Source: Lama guanicoe
Lineage: Eukaryota
NCBI GenBank assembly: GCA_013239625.1
Contig: MU055609.1
Location: 14,458,375 to 14,522,374, forward strand
DNA length: 64,000 nt
Direction: 5' to 3'
The notes below the pieces were generated by a model. The model was not told the DNA's origin and did no database searches. It was given only the letters and a program-made list of their open reading frames with translations. Positions 58,436-64,000 of this stretch are shown one piece after another. How positions within the stretch are numbered: the stretch's first letter is position 1; each line of letters opens with the position of its first letter. The position numbers and the translations under genes were made by a program.

Positions 58436-59832
58436 ATCAAGTCCTTTCCTTCTCAAGGCAACTACCAGCCGTTAATAAGTACACTGACCAACAAGGATGG
58501 TGCCTTCACCCGCTGGGGCCGACAAAGGAGGATTAATCCTGAAAGGGCCCTTAAGAGAATCCCTTAAATGCCACCAATCATGCTATAAAAACTCTTAAAT
58601 GCTAACAATCATGCTATAAATTTTTTGAGCCCCACAACAGTTTCAGGAAAACATACTCATTTTTCCTTGAGAAAGTCTTTCTGGGATTATATTTACCCTT
58701 TAGAGTAAATTTTAAGGGCATCACAAATGTAGTAGCATCAAGAGAAAAATGCTGTGTCTTTAAAACCCAGACAAAAACAAGAATTCCATTAGTATTTTTA
58801 AATTATAAGAGATGAAGGTAAATCTTACTGCTATGGTAACTGTAAAACACTAATGTTAAGGCAGGTTTTGAAATGCAGTAGTATTGGCAGGTGGGGTCAC
58901 CCGTTCAGAATGAGTCACATAAGTAGGTAGACAGGCATGGGGTGACCTGAGGAGGAGGCTGAGGTCCTGGGAGCAGTGGGGCAGCCTCACGTCACCTAGA
59001 CTCAGAGCTCGGCTGGTGGAGACTCTAAGAACCACAAGGGTTGAGCGCAATCCTCTCATTCACAGAGGAGAATTCACCCTAAAAAAGAAGAATGACCCCG
59101 TCCCCAGGGTCCACAAGTGGCAGAGTGTGACAACTGGGGCTAGCTTCAGAGTAGCAGTGGGGCCTCTTAGAACAGTAATAACATGTTAGAGACACTTTTC
59201 AACCTACAGGATGCTTTTGAGGAGCTGCTGCTGTTGCCTCTCCCAGAATCCTCCCTCCTGCTCTAAGACTCCCTCCATCCGGGGCCCCGCCTGGTGCCCA
59301 GTGGAAGGTCAGCCGTCCTCGCTTGACTTCCCTCAGTGACAGCAGCCCACTCCTTGTTGGACAGCTCTTGTCATCAGAAAGCTCTCCCCGCCAGCCAGGT
59401 GTGATGTCTCTGACCCAGCCGAGTGACCCCACACACTGCCTGTCATTCCACCATTTGAATTCCATGCCTGTACATTTTAGAGATGAAAACATCTTTATGA
59501 GTCCCTTGTTGAAATTCAAATATAGCTGTGAACACCTAAAGCCCCGCGTCGGTGGAGACCTTTGAGGTGGAGCATTGGCAGGAAGCCCCGTGATGGAATG
59601 ACTTAGGAGAGCCAGGGTGCAGTGAACCGGGAGGCGGGGAGGCCAGGAGGCCCAATGTTCTTTATTCAGGGGGCTTTTGGGGTCTTCCAGGGCCTGTGTC
59701 TCTTTGGAAAAGAAAGCAGAAGCATCTAGAAAGGTAGATATCTTCCTTTCCTGTATCTGCATGTCTGGCTGCTGGAACAGTTCTATCACAGGCAGAGTAT
59801 CTCCATCCTGCAGAGATTCAAAGGGTCCAGAA

Positions 59833-60250
59833 ACTTCTGGTCAAGATGGTATTGTAGGTTCATCTTTTGAATTCTGCCTCCATGCGCTAAACTCAGAGCA
59901 ATGATATAAAAAGATAAATTCAAGACGGGAATAGCCATGTTCAAGCCAGGATAAACAACTCCGTGGACCAGAAATGCAACAGGCACATACAGGGCTATGC
60001 GGGTAGGCAGGGGTCCAGGCACAGAAGCAGGGGGAGCGTCAAGAGTTAGGAATTTGGCTCCTTTGGGTATAAGAAGCTAAGCGAGCACCCCCCCCCACCA
60101 CCACCACTACCACCATTGAGGTCAGGGCCAAGCTTCACGCTGCTTCAGTGACTGGATGTGAACCCCACCCGCTGCCGGCACCACAGGATGAGAGCCCGAG
60201 TCATCAGCATGAAACCTGGTTCTGGACAGGGTCCCAGGAGTCCAGGACTG
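59833..60250 (+). mobile_element. 5' end/5' UTR of an ancient L1ME/HAL1-type element
   Basis: Begins acttctggtcaagatgg, the typical old-L1 5' terminus with a YY1-like core. Its 3' part is homologous to the 5' part of the inverted copy at 61804-61920. Confidence 0.6.
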
Positions 60251-60509
60251 CTTTGTAATAGCTTTTATGTTTTCTCTTTATCCTTGATAGACTGCGGTTT
60301 CACTACAGGGTGACTATGTGTGAATTTATTTTAATTTGTTCTGTTCAGCATAAAGTAGGCACTTTGAATCTGAGCTCTCATATCTTTAATTCTGGAAAAT
60401 TCTCAGTCCTAATTTCTCTAATCTGGCTTCTTTTGCATTCCCTCTGTTCTCCTGGAACTCCTGCATAGCAGTCTGTCAGCTGATACTCCATGTCTCTTAA
60501 CTGCTTAGG

Positions 60510-60935
60510 GCACAGAATGCCAGTTATCTCTCAGTATCTATTTTTCCCTTTTTCTTTAGTAATAGAATCACTGGCTTTTAATTAGGCACATTGCCACTTG
60601 GAATAAAGACTACATTTCTCAGTCTTCCTTTTAGCTACATATGGTTATATAACTGAGTTCTGGACAATGGATATAAGTATAAGCCTTGTAGAACTTTCTT
60701 GAAATGTCTCTAAAGCGAAGGAGTGCTATTCGTTGCCTGTCTTTCTTCCTGCTACCTGGAAAATGCATGGGATGGCTGGAGGTAGTGCAGCCATCTTGGG
60801 GCTTAGGGTAAAAGCCAGATAGGAGAAGCCTGGACCTCAATGACTTCAAGGTTGCCCTAAATTTCCTTATGCTGGAATGCTACTCCATAAGAGGAAAATG
60901 GACTTGTATCTTGCTCAAGCAGTGGTCTATTTTCC
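60510..60935 (+). mobile_element. MLT1 (J/I-type) LTR
   Basis: gaataaagactacatttctcagtcttcctt; actgagttctggacaatggatataag; gcagccatcttg. Confidence 0.75.
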
Positions 60936-60939
60936 TATC

Positions 60940-61410
60940 TGTCTTAGTTTGGGTTTCCCAAAAGCAGACCTCAAGACAAGGATTTGACTCCAAGGAGTTT
61001 ATTTGGGAGATGATGCCAGAAAGCACACGAGAGAGGGGAAATGAGACAGAGAAGGAAGAAAAGCCAATAACAGGTTTGATCCTGGGCAGGGTACTGTTGG
61101 GGTTAACTGAGGCTCCATCCTGCTGTGGGACCTATGGGAAACTATGAGAAATAGGCTGCATAATTATCCAACCAAAGAACAAGAAACTGGAGCATTTATC
61201 CATAAACTGCTGTCCCCTTCTGGTTGAGGAGCTTTCCTGGGGCTAACTCCCCCAGTACTCCACCTGCTCTGTGCAAGATGAGCTTCTACAGCCAGAAAAT
61301 GCACTCAGATGGAGAAGCAGGGAGCTCTTACTCTGTACAGGTCTGTTTGTGGGTGACGTCAGCTGGTGTCAGCTAAGGGACTGTGGGCCAGGCACCAACA
61401 GTGTCTGCAT
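60940..61410 (-). mobile_element. ERVL LTR (LTR16/LTR33 class)
   Basis: tgtcttagtttgggtttcccaaaagcagacctcaagacaaggatttgactccaaggagtttatttgggag. Confidence 0.75.
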
Positions 61411-61989
61411 CCTATCTATTGCATTAGAACCCCTCCAGCTTCTGCACTATTCTTTCCCACAATTCATCGCTCTACCTCTTGCTGCATCTGAGGTGAAATC
61501 CCCAGTCCTCTCTTCCAAATAACTAACTCTGTCTTCTACCACGTCCAGTCTAGATTTATTCTGTATCTTTAGTTTATTTCAACAACCGCATTTCTCATCT
61601 CCAGGGTTTCTAAATGGTTTTGTTTCATTGCTGCCTGTTTTCAATTTATAGCTTACTATTCTCTATTCATGGAGGGATGTTACTCCTGACTTCATTCGTT
61701 AGTTTTCCTCGTGTGTTACGGAATTCTAGTTTGTAAGCTTTTCTCCAGTAGGATCAACTTTTCGTCTGCATCGTCGCCCTGACTAGTGGATTGCTGGTTT
61801 CTCCCTGGACTCCCGGGACCCCGTCCAGAAGCGATTTTATGCTCATAACTCGAGGCTCTGAACCTGTGATGCTGGTGGGGTCACTAAATTTGTGTGCGAC
61901 TTGGCCTTGGCCTCACATGGGGCTGATTACATGTAGAAGGAAAGTAGCTACTTGCCTTCTTTGATCCAGGCCTGCCCTAAGGGTGGGAA

Positions 61990-62780
61990 TACAATGATGA
62001 CCTAGATAAAGAAGTATAATAAGTATCATTTATTATCAGATAGTGGTTGGTGGCAACCTTAGAGAAAACTAAACTGAATAAGGGAGTAAGAGTGATGGAA
62101 GGTGGGGGTTAGATCTTAGGTAAGTTGTTCAAGGAAGGCTGTCTGTGACATTTGAGTAGAGAACTGAATGAAGTTTTGCAGCAAGTTATCCACAGATCTG
62201 GGAAAGAGCATCCCAAAGAGCAGAGAGCAAGTGCAAAGGCCCTGAGGTGGAAGTGTACTTGTTGGGTTCAGGAAGCAGAGAGAAGGCCAGGGACACAGCA
62301 GAGTAAGCCAGGGGAGAGGGATAAGCAATTTGTCCAGAGAAGTGGAGCCAGATCCTACACGGAGGGGCTTGGAGCAGTGGAGTGCTGGAGCCAACTCAGA
62401 CTGGCTCTGGAGTGCTTAGTGTTTAGTAACACCATGTTGGAATAGACCCTGGAGGGAGAGCGTACCCTGTAATAAACAAATGCTGCACATCAGGACTCCC
62501 CACCCCTGAGAGCCCGTTGTTAAGCATTTACCAGTATACCACTGCTTGTAGGTGGGGCAACAAATTTGTTCTAATTGGGATAGGAAGCCATCAGAGGGTT
62601 TTGAACTGGGGAATAATGGGATGTGGTTTCATTGTAACAAGATCACCGTGGAGAACAACCCCCAGGGGTGCAAGAAGGGAAGCCGGGAAATGGATCAGGA
62701 AGCAATTGCAGTGACCAGGTGAAAAGCGGTGGTAAGTGGTGGACGGACATCCGAGGGAGAAAGTCGTTCAAATTCCCTGT
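61990..62780 (-). mobile_element. L2 fragment split by a MER63-like element
   Basis: gtgacatttgagtagagaactgaatga; caagtgcaaaggccctgagg; ggaagccatcagagggttttga. Confidence 0.82.
62375..62544 (+). mobile_element. MER63-like hAT-Blackjack MITE
   Basis: TIRs cagtggagtgctgg / ccagtataccactg; flanks cttggag / cttgtag look like a degenerate TSD. Confidence 0.7.
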
Positions 62781-63195
62781 TCTGTTTTCTGGTGTGATCT
62801 CTTAATATCCCACTTAGCCTCTGTCCATAGAGTAATTCCACTAGTTGGGAGCAACAGATTTTCCTAGAAAGAGGGTGGACTTTGGAATCAGTAGGCCTGC
62901 ATTTAAATCCTAGAGATACTTCTTAATAGTGTCCCTTGGGAAAATTATTTAACCTCTCTGAGTCACGATGCCTCGTGTATAAAACTGAGATAATATCTGG
63001 AAAAGTGACTGTGATGAGTAATGAGGCAAAGAGTGTGAAATCTCTGTTTATCCTTCTTTCCAGAACGCAGCACCTTGACACTCAGCCCCCGTAGGGTCCC
63101 CTACTCTGTAGGCTCGTGTCCTAGAAGAAACAGGAGTGGAACTCCAGGGCCCCAGGCTGCCAGCTGGTCTCTCCTGGTTCCCAGGTGGGTCACCA

Positions 63196-63210
63196 TCGCC
63201 ACCTAGTGTC
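63196..63210 (-). promoter_or_regulatory. CTCF-like core motif
   Basis: Minus strand GACACTAGGTGGCGA; the core CACTAGGTGGCG matches the consensus. Confidence 0.5.
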
Positions 63211-64000
63211 CAGTCTGGTTCCTGCAGGCCAGCCTTTCCTGGATGATTTCTTGATCATAAATCAATCATCTCAAGGTTAAAGACTCCTTTGCCAGATGGA
63301 GCCAACAGCGCATTAACTGTCCTAACATTCATTGTCTGATCTGCCAACAAAGCCTGCTCTCTGCTGTCCCCCAATTCTTCCTTGCATGACAGTCTTGCCT
63401 CCATATCCAGATTGTAGAGGGCAGGACCTATGTCTTCAGAATCCACTCCTACTTCTTGAGCAATTACTTTGTGCCAGGCACTCTGCTTTAATCCTTAAGG
63501 ATTAATCTAGAGAAACTGAGGCCAAGACATAGCAAATGACTCACTTAAAGTCGCTGGGTAAACAACCAAGGTAAGATTTGATTCCGGGACTTCTCTCTGC
63601 AAGTCCAAGGTTTTTCCACAAAAGCATCCAGCACAAGCCAGGCAATCAGAAGATGCTCAGGGGTTCATTTTACTTATTAGGCTCTTTTAAAGTAGTGAAA
63701 GAAAGAGAACACAGAACAGGAGTCTGGAGACCCACACTCTGGTTCAAGGTATGCCGTGAAAAGCTTGCTGAGTCACACTGGTCAGAGCAATGCCTCTTGG
63801 GAGTCTTCGGCGTCCCCATAATGAAAGACAAGGAGGGGACTGCATGGTCCTGCAGCCTCCCTCAAGTCCTGATGTTCAACAGTTGCCGAGCTGAGAGAGC
63901 TCTAATGCGGGCTGCCATTCTGGGCTCTGAGGCCACTGCCTGGGTGAGTCCCAGCTTTGCCACTCCATAGCTGCGAGGTCTTGAGTGAGTCACTTATTCT

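Larger units (their letters stand above)
60260..61925 (-). mobile_element. HAL1/L1ME ORF1 region, interrupted by two LTRs
   Basis: Antisense ORF1-like text tttaattctggaaaattctcag...cctggaactcctg, resuming near 61410 (tcttccaaataactaactctgtcttc). Confidence 0.65.

Noticed and set aside
59199-60022. 196-aa minus-strand ORF and neighbours as a processed pseudogene
   Set aside because: No protein match recognised and no poly(A) or TSD; the upstream part is explained by an antisense old-L1 5' UTR.
1-64000. CRISPR array, operon, prophage or defence-type system
   Set aside because: The sequence is mammalian and repeat-rich; there are no regularly spaced repeats or gene-dense regions.

Overview
This window is mammalian nuclear DNA, most likely camelid (alpaca, llama or camel). 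The evidence is seven copies of a tRNA-Ala(AGC)-derived SINE matching the camelid Vic-1 type. It looks intergenic or intronic and is dominated by old interspersed repeats: L1, L2, MIR, MaLR/ERVL LTRs, one ERV1 solo LTR, and Tigger and hAT DNA-transposon fossils. I cannot support any intact protein-coding gene, rRNA, true tRNA or CRISPR array; the only ORFs with recognisable protein similarity are decayed L1/L2 reverse-transcriptase fragments. The 13 N-runs look like base-for-base masks rather than scaffold gaps. The best candidates for function are non-coding: an octamer/SOX/homeobox-rich enhancer-like block (~13.15-13.43 kb), an NRF1/E-box CpG cluster (~15.0 kb), a strong RFX X-box (45963) and two co-oriented CTCF-like motifs (49682, 63196). 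There are also several small rearrangements, including hairpins, an inverted duplication and SINEs without target-site duplications (TSDs). I found no convincing new biological system. Repeat subfamily names come from recalled consensus sequences, and boundaries are approximate (tens of bp) unless TSDs or TIRs are cited.
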